Source of the DNA: Takakia lepidozioides | Lineage: Eukaryota; Plantae; Bryophyta | DNA length: 64,000 nucleotides | Assembly: GCA_030704615.1 (NCBI GenBank) | Contig: CM060734.1 | Location: 58,032,001-58,096,000 of the forward strand | Reading direction: 5' to 3' | Part shown: positions 1 through 11,500 of the stretch, piece by piece | How the letters are laid out: every line of letters starts with the position of its first letter | Numbering within the stretch: position 1 is the stretch's first letter | Made by a program: the position numbers and the translations under genes | The notes under the pieces: generated by a model | Database searches by the model: none | What the model saw: only the letters and a program-made list of their open reading frames with translations | Told to the model about the DNA's origin: nothing

Positions 1-572
1 GGAGCGGTAAAATCTTGGACTTGCTTAAAGTTGGAGAAAATCAAAAATCCGGCAAATGGTATTTGCTAAGTATTCAGCTCTTCGTTCTTGACTCAAATGA
101 TTTATAGGTCCCTGCAACCATCGATAGTGTCCAACACCTTGAACTTGGGACCACGCAGTGATTTGAGCATTTTGATTTTCAAAGCTGCCTTCAAACATGA
201 TTTCGTTGCCTTCTAGATCCGAAGCCTTAACCTCCAACAAAATTATCAGACTTCGAGTAGGCTCCACTTGCCGTCGTACGGGGTCCAGACGAGGAAGTAC
301 GCGTCGCATTGGTGGCCCATCGTCTCGAGAGCGTTGGCGTGAGGTCGTGAGAGTCGGAACGGCTGATCTGGTAGTTGGATAAGCGACAACTCCAATGTAT
401 CTGGTTCTTGTGACTTCATGCTGCCAATACAAGATGCAAGAGTGTTGGAAATGTTGGAGTGTAGCTATATATACTGATGTGTGGTGCTCCTCCCTCCTTA
501 ACGTGTATCAGGTACTTTAAATGTGGAGTCTTCACCTTGAAGCTAACTTGCTTACATCATCGTTGTGACGTC

Positions 573-3500
573 TTATTGACGTGTAGCTCGGGGCTTAGCT
601 GGATATCGTTGATGAAACTCTTGGACTTTGTCAGATACATTGGCGAGGTTGGATGAAGGTTCTCACGTTCGTTCGCTGATGTCATAGCATTCCCAATGTA
701 TGAAATACTCAAGACGTTTATACTTGATGCGAGAACCTAGGACTTCGTCGACTTCATACTCAATTTCCTGATTGACTTCGATTGGTGGAGGTGGTACGGA
801 GACTCTCTCTGGAATATTCGATGAATAATACAACTCTAATAATGAAACATGAAAGACTGCATGGATGTGCATACTTCGTGGGAGTTCAAGCCGAAAATTG
901 ACCGGATTTATTTGTCGAATAATTTTGAATGGTCCCAGACGTTGATAATCCAACTTCCTTGATGGTCGCGAGGTTTGTATGTCCCGTCGAAGAAGCCACA
1001 CACGATCTCCGATCTTGAACTGGGGTTGGAGTTGACGACGTTGATCTGCATACTCCTTGTATTGTTTTTGAGCTTCTACAAGGTGAAATGTAAGCTCATT
1101 ATAAATCGTAGCGAGATGAGTAGCAAGTTTTCTACAGCATGGCTTCCAACAGGCTTCATGTGGAAAAGATTTGCTCGAGGATGATTACCATAATTGGAGA
1201 AAAATTGAGTTTGTTTGGTCGAAGAATGTATGGTGTTGTTGTAGGCAAACTCAGCCAATGATAGAAAATCCGTCCAATTATCTTGGTGATAATTTATCGT
1301 ACAGCGAAGATATTGCTCCAAAATTTGGTTTACACGTTCGGTTTGACCATCGGTCTGTGGATGATTAGCTATAGAGAGGTTGATCTTAGTATCCAATATG
1401 TGAAATAATCCCCTCCAGTAATTTGATATGAACTGTGGTCCTCGATCAGATACGATGTCCTTCGGGAGTCCATGAATGCGGTAGATATTATTGAGGAAGG
1501 GTCTTGCAGTTTCCTCGCCGGTAACCGTCTTATTACATGGAATGAAATGTGTCATCTCCGTAAAACGATCTACAATAACAATGATTGAATCTGTGGTCTT
1601 GAAAATTGGAAGGTCTGTAATAAAGTCCATAGACACGGACGACCATGGACCCTTGGGAATGGGTAATGGTTGAAGAAGGCTGTAAGGTCGATGTCGTGGT
1701 CCCTTTGCTCTAGCACACGTGTCGCAAGATTTTATAAAAAAATTCACGAGTTTCCACATCTGTGGCCACCAATAGTCATTGGATATCAATTACATTGTTT
1801 TATTGAAGCCGAAATGTCCTACAGCCGGAATATCATGACATGTTTGAAGAATTCGAAGTCGTGTAGGTCCTAGAGGTACATAGAGAAGTCTTTTGAAATA
1901 AAGTAAGTCATCTTTGAATTCGAAGTCGTTTGTAACATGTGGGTTGTCTCGAGGTCGATTTAGTTGACTTCGTAGTGTCGTGGCAAATTGGTCGCTCTTC
2001 AGTGCTTCCTGGATCTCTTTTATGATCTCTACATCGTCATAGGTGGACATGGATAGCATATTCACTTGGAGATTTGCTGGTTTCAAGATGATGGATTTCT
2101 GTTGGTCAAAAGCTGCATCCCCTTCTTTTGGCGCAAGATACGATCGTTGAGAAAGAGCATCTGGTTTTCCATGAAGATGTCAGAGACGGTAAGTAATAAC
2201 AAAATCAAACCTTGCTAGTGACATACTTCATTTCGCTTGACGTCGATTCAAAACACGAGCACTCATAAAATACTCGAGGTTTTTGTGATCGGTATAGACA
2301 GTGACCTGATGTTTAGCTCCCACCAATAGATAACGTCACTCCTCAAAAGCATCAATAATCGCTAGAAGTTCTTTGTCATGGATTTCATAATTGATCTCCG
2401 CAGCGGAAAATTTGCGAGAACGAAAACCAACAGGATGAAGTCGGCCATCTGTACCGTATTGAAAGAGTACCGCGCCAAGTACAAAGTCCGATGCATCTGC
2501 TTCCAAAAAGAATGGTTTAGATAGGTCTACATGTACCAGTATTGGAGCCGTTGTAAATGTCTGCTTCAGCTTTTCAAATGTTTGGTCGGCCTTCTCGACT
2601 CATACAAATTTGTCTTTCCATGTGAGTCGTGTCAATGGTGCAACAATTTTGGAGTAGTCCTTGATGTAGATTCTATAGAAATTTATAAATCCTAGAAAAC
2701 ATTGTACATCTCGGACCGAAGTTCGTTTAATCCACTCAATGATGGTTTGTATTTTCTTCTGATCCATAAAGACTCATTTGTCGAAAATAATGTAGTCCAA
2801 AAATTCAACTTCAGATTGGTGGAAAAGATATTTTTCCAACTTGGCATATAGTCATTTTTTCCTCAATTTATCAAAGACAAGGCGTACATGGTGACCATGT
2901 TCTTCTTCATTCTGTGAAAAGATCAAAATGTCGTCCAAATAGATGACTACAAAGTCATCTAAAAATTCTCGAAAGATGTCATTTATCATGTGTTGAAAAA
3001 TTGCTAGAGCATTTGTATGACCAAAAGGCATAACACTGTATTCGAAATGTCCGCACCTTGTGCAAAAAGCAGTCTTCCATTCGTCTCCTTCTTTTATTCG
3101 TACAAGGTTGTAAGCTCATCTCAAGTCGATCTTTGTGAAAAAATTTGTTCGTCCAAGTTGTTCGAGGAGTCCGGAAATCAGCGGTAGTGGGTAACGATTT
3201 TTTATAGTGACTTTGTTGAGCCGATAGTCCACACACATGCGTAACGATCCATCATTCTTCTTCACAAATAAAATAGTGCTCCCGCGGGTGATTTCGAATG
3301 TCGAATGAAATTCTTTGACAAATTTTCATCAATGTATTCGCGTAAAGCAGCCAACTCCGTCTGAGATAAATTGTAGATCGGGTCGAATGGTGGTTGAGCT
3401 CATTCTTGCAACTCAATTGCACAATCATAAGGTCGATGTTCTGGCAACATGTCTGCATTTTTCTTCTCGAAAACATCATTGAAATCTTGATATTGAGTGG

Positions 3501-5115
3501 GTAATGTCGAAGTACCTTGGTCTATTGTGGTTTTGATCGGAGTCGCATAAAGTGCAAATGTCGCGTTTTTCTTCGTAGCTCTCATGAAGGTTCTAGCTCC
3601 AAGAAACAAGGGTTGAATACCTTTGGTACTTTTGTATTTTTGTCTTGCCGAAATTTTCGTGATCGCCAGTCGAAGTCAGGATTATGAAGTACAAATCAGG
3701 GAAGTCCAAGGATCATAGGATTCGTTGGAGACTGGATGACATTGAAAACAATCTGTGATGCTTGATTTTTAAGCTTCACTTCAAGGGGTTGAGTTTCATG
3801 GTCAATATAACCTAATGCTAACGGTCGTCCATCGATGACTTCAATAGGGGCAGAGAATTTCTTTCTTACGAGCGTTAAATTGTGTTGCTTCGCAAAGTCT
3901 TTGTTAATAAAACATGCTGAAGCGCTCGAGTCCAAAAGTGCTTCTACGGAGATATCTTGATTTTGCATCCTGATCTTTATTGGAACTGTGAAACAAGGTA
4001 CATGGTCTGGAGGTAGAAAAAGACCTTTTTTTTTTTAGGAGTTTGGGGTGTCCAGCCGCATGATCCTTACTATGACTTGACATCTTCGATTTTCAACCTC
4101 CTCGTATCGAACACTTGAGTTGTGCCCCGAGCTTTGAATCTTCTCTTGTTGGGACAGTTTAATGCTATGTGATCATCTTCTCCACAATAAAAGCATAATC
4201 CATTTGAGCGCCGTCTTTGTTTTTCTTGTGGCGTCAATGGTTTGAATCGAACAGCATCAATCTGCATAGGATCATTACCGGATGTCTCTTGGATCGTTGT
4301 GTTTGGTGCCGTAATAGCAGCGACATGGTGCATCATCGATCATCCAGATCGCTTTTCTTGACATCTTTCGAACAAACGATTATCGCATGCAATGACTTGG
4401 GTGATGAATCCGCTCAGTGTACTCACGTTTGGCATTGTCAGCAAGAAATCTTTTACATCCTCTTAAGGCTACATCGAAACTGACTAATGAGACTCTTCTC
4501 ATTCCAGTCGAGGTCGCACGCAAGTTGTCGAAATTTGGCAGTATAAACGGAAGCTGGACGTGCTCCTTGTTGAAGATTTTGCATTTTTGTCTTTGCAACT
4601 CTCTCTCTATCACTCTCTCCAAATGTTGCAGTGAACTCGGACATGAACGCTTCAAAATTGTATAGTAAATGCGAATTTTTCTCTAATAGCGGTGCAAACC
4701 AAGATAGGGCAGTGCCGGATAGAAGGGTGCCCACAAATCTCACTTGAATACCTTCATCAGAGTAGCGTTGTGGATGTAGTCGTATGAACAATCGTACTTG
4801 TTGAAAACAAAACCGCGAAATCTTGATCTCGTCCCATCAAATTTTTTGGGCATGCTAATCTTTGGTTCATTTGTAATCTGTTGAAGATTTGGAGGAACCG
4901 TTGCAGTATGATTTGTTGTAGTAGGGACTCGTAAGGTTGAAGATCCATTGTTCGACTCTTTCAACTCTGAAATTTGTTGTTGCAAATTGTCGAGAGTGTT
5001 GCCGAAGATCTTGAGACTGACCAGCTTGTAGTTGGGTAGTAGAGACACGAAGTTCTTGCATTTGGAGCTGAAGACTCTGCAATATGACGACCATTTCCAC
5101 AAATGTGTCTTCCAT
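573..5115 (-). pseudogene. gag-pol of the Tcn1-like element, with many stops and frameshifts
   Basis: Broken over ORFs 4867-5115, 4740-5102, 4453-4791, 4070-4336, 3696-3968, 3400-3609, 1790-2086, 1076-1789 and 663-1001, in Gypsy order PR-RT-RH-IN-CHD. Confidence 0.93.
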
Positions 5116-5136
5116 CTTAATTAACTAAGGAACAAA

Positions 5137-5153
5137 CTTCAGTCTCGCCAAAC
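5137..5153 (-). promoter_or_regulatory. Self-priming-type primer binding site
   Basis: cttcagtctcgccaa (5137-5151) is the exact reverse complement of ttggcgagactgaag (5429-5443) inside the LTR. Confidence 0.8.
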
Positions 5154-5762
5154 TGTCAAAGACGAGAACATGACTGAACACAAACAAGAGATCAGACTAG
5201 AGGTACAAGACTAGGCAAGAAGTCAAGGTCGGCGTGGCCGTATGCACAATAAGTAAATAGGAATCAAGGCGATCTTTATAACAACTTGGGTACAAGATAT
5301 TGGAACACAACTTGAATACTAGAATGCTGGAAACTGGACTGGTGTACCAGATACTGGAAACTGGGCTAGGGTACTGGGAACTGGACTGGAGTACTGGGAC
5401 TTAGAAACAAGAGTAGCTTAAACTGGTGTTGGCGAGACTGAAGAGTGTCCAGTCTCGCCTCTTATATATACTGGCTACTAAGAAGCTTCCCTAAGAAGCT
5501 TCCCTAAGAAGCTTCCCTATGGAGGTTTCTAGCTATAGAAGTTTCCAAAACTAAACAAAGGTTTCTTGATGGAGAAGCTTCCTGAGCAGTTTCCCAAGTT
5601 ACTCTTGGTAATTTGGTAAACTCCCGGTAACTTGGTAAGTAATGGTAAATCATGGTAGATCATGGTAAATCATGGTAAGTCATGGTAACTTCCGGTAACA
5701 TGATAACTTGGTAACTTATGATATTTACTCATGGTAAGTTCATCTGGGCTATGTCCGTGACA
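5154..5762 (-). repeat. 5' LTR of Tcn1-like element 1
   Basis: TGTCA...TGACA termini; homologous to 6583-7607; TATA-like cttatatata at 5461-5470; internal tandem motifs (aagaagcttccct x3, catggtaa-type repeats). Confidence 0.9.
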
Positions 5763-6544
5763 GTAGCAGCGGCATGGTGCGTCGTTGATCATCCAGATCG
5801 CTTCTCTTGACGTCTTTCGAAGAAACGATTATCGCATGTAGTGACTTGGGTGATGAATTCGCTCAATGTACTCATGTTTGACATTGTCAGCAACAAATCT
5901 TTTACATCATCTTTCAAGCCACATCGAAACTGACTAATGAGGCTCTTCTCATTCCAGTCGAGGTCGCACGCAAGTTGTCGAAATTCGGCAGCATAAACAG
6001 AAGCTGGACGTGCTCCTTGTCGAAGATTTTGTATCTCTGTCTCTGCAACTCTCTCTCTATCATTCTCTTCAAACGTTGCAGTGAACTTGGACATGAATGC
6101 TTCAAAATTGTATAGTAAATGCGAATTTTTCTCTAATAGCGGTGCAAACCAAGATAGAGCAGTGCTTGATAGAAAGGTGCCCACGAATCCCACTTGAATA
6201 CCTTCATCAGGGTAGCGTTGTGGATATACTTGTTGAACAAAACCACGAAATATTGATCTCGTCCCATCAAATTTTACAGGCATGCGGACCTTTGGTTCCT
6301 TTGTAATCTGTTGAAGATTTTGAGGAATTGTTGCAGTATGATTTGTTGTAGTAGGGACTCGTAAGGTTGAAGATCCATTACTCGACTCCTTCAACTCTGA
6401 AATTTGTTGTTGCAAATTGTTGAGAGCGTTGTCAAGATCTTGAGACTGATCAGCTTGTAGTTCGGCAGTAGATGCACGAAGTTCTTGCATCTGGAGCTAA
6501 AGACTCTGCAATGTGACGACCATTTCCGCAAATGTGCCTTCCAT
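5763..6544 (-). pseudogene. gag (Ty3-type capsid) of a second, closely related Tcn1-like element, interrupted by element 1
   Basis: ORF 5789-6490 is a close paralogue of the 4330-5115 gag; sequence right after 5762 matches the gag sequence near 4315. Confidence 0.9.
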
Positions 6545-6582
6545 CTTAACTAACTAAGGGACAAACTTCAGTCTCGCCAAAC

Positions 6583-7607
6583 TGTCAAGGACGAGAACAT
6601 GATTGAACACAAACAAGAGATCAAACTAGAGGTACAAGACTAGACAAGAAGACAAGGTCGGTGTGGCCGAATACATGGTGGGTAAACATGAATCAAGATG
6701 ATATTTATAACAATGGACAAGAGTATAAGATACTGGGATTCGACTCGAATACTGGAATGCTGAAAACTGGACTGACGTACCAGATACTGGAAACTGGACT
6801 AGAGTACTGGAAGCTGGACTGGAGTACTGGGATTGGGAACAAGAGTAGCTTGAACTTGTGTTGGCGAAGTAAACTCTTGTAGGGGTTGGCTTGTTAGTTC
6901 CTCCTAGTTAGAGTTTCAAGAAATCGTGTTTTGATTCATTATAGATTTTAAACCAGAGTCCTCAAAAGTTTTAGGGTTTAGGGTACTTCACCCTAAACCC
7001 GCCATTTCGATTCAGCATTGAAGCAATATCTTTGTTTTTCATAAACTTAGTGAAATTTTTAGCATTTGAAATTTATAGCATGAAACAACGTTGTTGTCAA
7101 ATTGAAAGTATTGCTCTATAAACAGCCTCTGGTTTCATATACAATGAAGTGTCTTTCTCTTTTCTTGTTTTGTTCCGAGGAATAATAATGACACATCAAC
7201 AATAATGAATACCTTGTTTACTCGAGCGAAAACTGAAACAAAAGTTTTAGTTTTGTCTTTATCACATCTACGTTATCTGATGGAAAGCTAAGCTTGAAGA
7301 GTGAACTGTGAGTTCAACATGGAATCACGATTACACGGGAAGCCCAGAAACAGGGATGTTATCAGAATTGGTGAAACCACCTATGCAGTTGCGGAGGTCA
7401 AATCCTGCCTCAATGGCAACATTCAACACGACGTGCCTGAGAACAAGATAAGAGTGCATCAAGGGATTGCTGACTCGAATTCGAATGCAGGATTCTAGGG
7501 ACTAGAGTGTCCAGTCTCGCCTCCTATATATACTGGCTACTAAGAAGTTCCCTAAGAAGCTTCCCCTATGGAGGTTGCTCGATGGGAAGTTTCCAAGATT
7601 AAACAAA
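6583..7607 (-). repeat. 5' LTR of element 2, interrupted by a 632-bp insert (6868-7499) and by the CACTA at 7608; remainder at ~25141-25340 in inverted orientation
   Basis: 6583-6867 and 7500-7607 align to LTR 5154-5559; ~25141-25340 is the reverse complement of LTR sequence from 5557 onward. Confidence 0.85.
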
Positions 7608-8347
7608 CACTAGAAGAAAAACGTGGAATAACCACTCTATTAACCACTCATTATGAGTGGTAAAAGACACTAAACCACTCTGGCCCCAGAGTGATGAAGA
7701 ACCAGTGGATTATGACAAGTGAGTGGTAAAAGACATTACGTGGCACTAGTGGTTAAGGACAGTGGTTCGAACCACTCACGTCCGGGTCCACCTGTTAATT
7801 GACGTGTCACAGTGGTAAATTAACCACTGTGACATATCAATGACGTGTCACAGAGGTAAACTAACCACTTATTATGTGTCACAATGGTAAACTGACGTGT
7901 CATAGTGGTAAAGTAATGACTTCCGTTTTGCAGTGGACACGTGGAAGCCGGAGGTCCGTGGCTGATATTGGAGATTATGTCGACACATGGCGACACTCTC
8001 AGCATGGACACGTGTCATGTGTCAGTGCTACAAAATGGATGGAGTGAAAAATTCAATGACTTCCGAAACCACTCATTGAATGATCACGAAATGACTCATA
8101 TAGTCATTCTATGAAAACTAAGAATATACAATATCATTCACATCGTGGTTATGTGAGTGGATGACGTCTCTCAGCAGGTCATTGGAATGATTACCCACAA
8201 AGTGGTATGTAAGCTGTTTGAGTCATCCATGGTGTCTCTCTGAGTGGGAACTATGGATTGGAGTGATTACTAATAGAGTGGTGTGTAAGTGATTATGAAT
8301 ACCACTGGAGGAATCCATACCACTAATTTAGTAATATATATGTGATT

Positions 8348-8694
8348 TGTCAAGTTAAATAAGCACAGTGTGAAAACAGCTAGAATAAAACTAGTTATTT
8401 GTATTTAACACTTGGATTTAGGTCAAGTGTTAAATCAGGTGTCAAGTTTAGTTTGACACCTGGTCTGTCTTATCTTCACGAGAGCGGCAGTCGCGCAGCT
8501 CATCTCTCTCGAGTTGAGCCTGCGCGACCGAGCTCCTTCATGCGTTTAGATCTGAGTGTGCTTATGATGGGAGTGTAGGTTGTTGTGGGGTGGAGTCCCC
8601 ATAGCTTGGGGTGCCCCTGGCTCAACTTCTATTTCTAAGAGTGATGGTTTGGTTTTCATGCTTTGCATCGTGTGTGTCTTTAGCTTGCTTATCA
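8348..8694 (+). repeat. Repeat A1 (5' partial LTR, 347 bp)
   Basis: Matches 19176-19522 with 2 mismatches by eye; contains three stem-loops (8403-8435, 8436-8462, 8490-8528). Confidence 0.95.
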
Positions 8695-8708
8695 CTCGAG
8701 AGAGATGA
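8694..8708 (+). promoter_or_regulatory. Self-priming-type PBS of the MTase-Gypsy
   Basis: actcgagagagatga is the exact reverse complement of tcatctctctcgagt (8500-8514) in repeat A; no TGG-type tRNA PBS here. Confidence 0.8.
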
Positions 8709-10231
8709 CCTCTTATCTGTGAGTGCAAGGTAGGAGTTAAGGGTTAGCACTTGTATGATTACCTGTGTGTAAGTAGTGCTTAGTTTGAGAAGCTTTAAAA
8801 AAAAAAACAAAAAAAATATGCAGGTTTCGATCAGCGTTGGTTCTGGCATGAGGCCGCCGGGCATGATGGAGCTACACTGCATGGAAGCAGCCTTCGTTTT
8901 GGTCGGTGAGGAGACATCGTGAGGCAGTACGCAGGCTGGTGGAGTGCATGGGTGAAGGATGCCAGAGCTGCGTAGTGGAGTGCGCCAACCCCGCTCTCCA
9001 CCACAGGTGCCAGCAGTAGCTGCTGCATACCCTGAGGCCGCTCCCACCAGATGAGCCACTCCCCGGTGGCGCACAGTTGGTGCAACAGAGGAGGTTGCTC
9101 CAGTGCGAGATCATGTCAGAACGCGCGCTGCGAAGAGGCAGTGGTTGTTGTGACTAGGGTTGGGAGTTGAGGTAAGGGTACTGGGAGTGGGCGTGCCGCA
9201 AAGCAGACTCGGAATACAAAGGCTGTTGCTCAACCCAGGGCAGCCCCTGCACCAAAGCAGAGGGACTTAGGGAGGGCCAAGCAGGTTTCGTCCAAATCTC
9301 ACTCCTCGGAGCAGCGGCGGTCTCAAGATCATTGTATTGCTGAAGACGACGTTGAAGCAGACTTAGATCTAGAGGAGAATAGAGCAGAGGAGTAGCAGGG
9401 GAGAAGTGTGATGCAGGCTTTCAACGCTGTCGGTGCCCATCAGCTTGCGAATTGCTGCTTCGGCCTCTGCTTGTGGAAGCAGTGCTGGTGTGAATGGGGG
9501 CTGCTAAGTGCTTTTACTGCAGGAATCTGAAGCATTTCATGCCTATGGTGAGGCCTTACGAAGATTTTGCAGCCTGATTCCAGGCCTAATTGCCATGTGC
9601 ATTGGCGGCTATGTCTTCACACTGGAAATGTGGCTGGAATTGAATGAATCCAGGGTGTTTTGATGCTTCTGGACCTGCACATTGAGGGCTGTGCACCCTG
9701 GCATCTGAAATTTAGGCCTGATTACCAGGCTTTTCATGCGCAAGTGCGGCTGGTTTCCCTTACCTTTGGACTGGATCCCCAGATGTAAGGGGGCTGGTGA
9801 TGAAGCCATTCCAGCTCCTCCTGATGCTGAGTCGACTGATGAAGAAGAGGCTGTGGGCAGCCCTGCTCCTTCCACTTGCTTCCTAGTTCTCTGCAGCTCC
9901 ATTCGGTGGTTCCAATCTCCCACACCGAACCAAGGGCTAGCGAAATAGAGGCAGCGACTGGGAAGGGCTGAGCAGAACCAGGAGCTGGTAGGAGCTGACG
10001 GGCATCTCTGCTGCATGGTTTTGGAGATTGACGAGCATGCAAGCTGCTCATGTGCAACCCTTTGATCAGAAAGGGGAAATCTACCTACCTAGACCTGGTT
10101 TCTGTTTTTGGGACTCTGCTAAAAATCTATGGAATTTTTAGAGTGTGAGTGTGCCATAAAATATCCACAATCCTGTTTCTAGAACCTGTGCTGGCCTATA
10201 TGAGAGACAAACCTGTGGATGTACTCCCTGT

Positions 10232-10966
10232 ATGGCTGGGGGAAATGAGGACGTAATTGAAGGGCATGTCTCTTCTCTTAGCCTGTGCACACAAGGGGAC
10301 AGGATCTATGTTTCCCAAGGAACTCAGACTGATTTGAGTGGAGAACAGTTGGACGAGTTGATTGCATACTGGGAGTCAGGCATTAGCAGTAGACAACAGA
10401 CTGCTGTAGTTGGCATTGAGGGCCTCAATATCGCCTTGGACAGTCAGAACTCTGTTGGAGCCAGCAGTTCTGCAGCTGTAGGTGAAATACCAAAGTGGGT
10501 GAAAGCTAGGCTTGGAACACAGCCAAAGACAGCTCCGGGGACCAAGGTGTTCAGCCACAAGGCCGTGGTGTACTGGAGCAGAGGAGCAGGAGCTGCACAA
10601 GTTTGTGCAATTAGACAGTGTTGCAGACGGACACGCTCTGCACAAGGCAACCACGAACGGGGGTTCATTAGCGAGGACAAGTTTGTTCTGTTTGAAGGCG
10701 ATGCAGTCATCCGCAATGAAGACACCCGCAACCGTCTCAAAGCTTTTGAGTTGAGAGACTATCAGACCCTACCTTTGTTTTCTTTAGTGTTCAGTGAGCG
10801 GGAGATAGGGGAGTACTGCTTTGTCTCTACCTGGCAGAAAGAGGAGGAGGGTTGGTTAGAGCGAGCTACTGTAGCTTGGGACAAGGTTAGTGGCAGGTTT
10901 CTGGACATAGATATACCTCCTACACCTTACCATCAAGCAGAGCGAGGCACTTTGAGAGAAGTCTAG
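10232..10966 (+). CDS. Extra 244-aa ORF of unknown function upstream of gag, inside the retrotransposon
   Basis: ATG-initiated intact ORF between the PBS and gag; no domain recognised. Confidence 0.5.
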   Translation: MAGGNEDVIEGHVSSLSLCTQGDRIYVSQGTQTDLSGEQLDELIAYWESGISSRQQTAVVGIEGLNIALDSQNSVGASSSAAVGEIPKWVKARLGTQPKTAPGTKVFSHKAVVYWSRGAGAAQVCAIRQCCRRTRSAQGNHERGFISEDKFVLFEGDAVIRNEDTRNRLKAFELRDYQTLPLFSLVFSEREIGEYCFVSTWQKEEEGWLERATVAWDKVSGRFLDIDIPPTPYHQAERGTLREV

Positions 10967-11500
10967 AAGTTGATAGCATAGATCAGGATTAGATCTTGCT
11001 TGGGCGGGCTTCTATTCTTCCCCTCCATCTCTGTACTATTTTCATTACCTTGTACTTGTAGTTGCCAAAGCCTCTCTTGGTGGAGGCCAGTCAGTCCGGG
11101 GTTTTGGGCTGGGATATTCTGCAGGATCAACATTGCAGCTGGATTTTGGTGTGGGGGTGTTGATGTTTTGATTTCTTGTGTTTGGATCCCCCCCAACACC
11201 TGCATGCTTGACTGTGCGCCATGTTGGTTTTGTGTGGGCGCTTGCTTTCATAGGGATTAGGCCGGATTTGATCACCGCTCAATCCTAGAGTATGCTGTCG
11301 GTGTTGAGGCTGGAGTGATGACCAGCAAGACCACCAGTGTTTCTTCTATGGTGAGGCTGGGTTGATGACCAGCCAACCATAGGAGTTCTTGCGGTGGATG
11401 CAGGTGCAGGTGCCCTGAGCCATTGGGATATGACCCTTAGACTGCAACAGGTGCCCACCCGTGTCACTATTAGATTAGTACTAGAGCCTTATAGTGTCAC

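Larger units (their letters stand above)
1..5762 (-). mobile_element. Ty3/Gypsy chromovirus (Tcn1/Tf1-like) LTR retrotransposon, decayed; 3' LTR lies outside the window
   Basis: 5' LTR 5154-5762 (TGTCA...TGACA), then gag, CCHC knuckle (CFYCGEDDHIALNC), protease (ALLDSSASACFI), RT (VIYLDDI ~2930), RNase H, integrase (SMDF/VSDRG/QTDGQTERVNQ), GPF motif and chromodomain (EYEVDEVL...EYFIHWECY). Confidence 0.95.
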
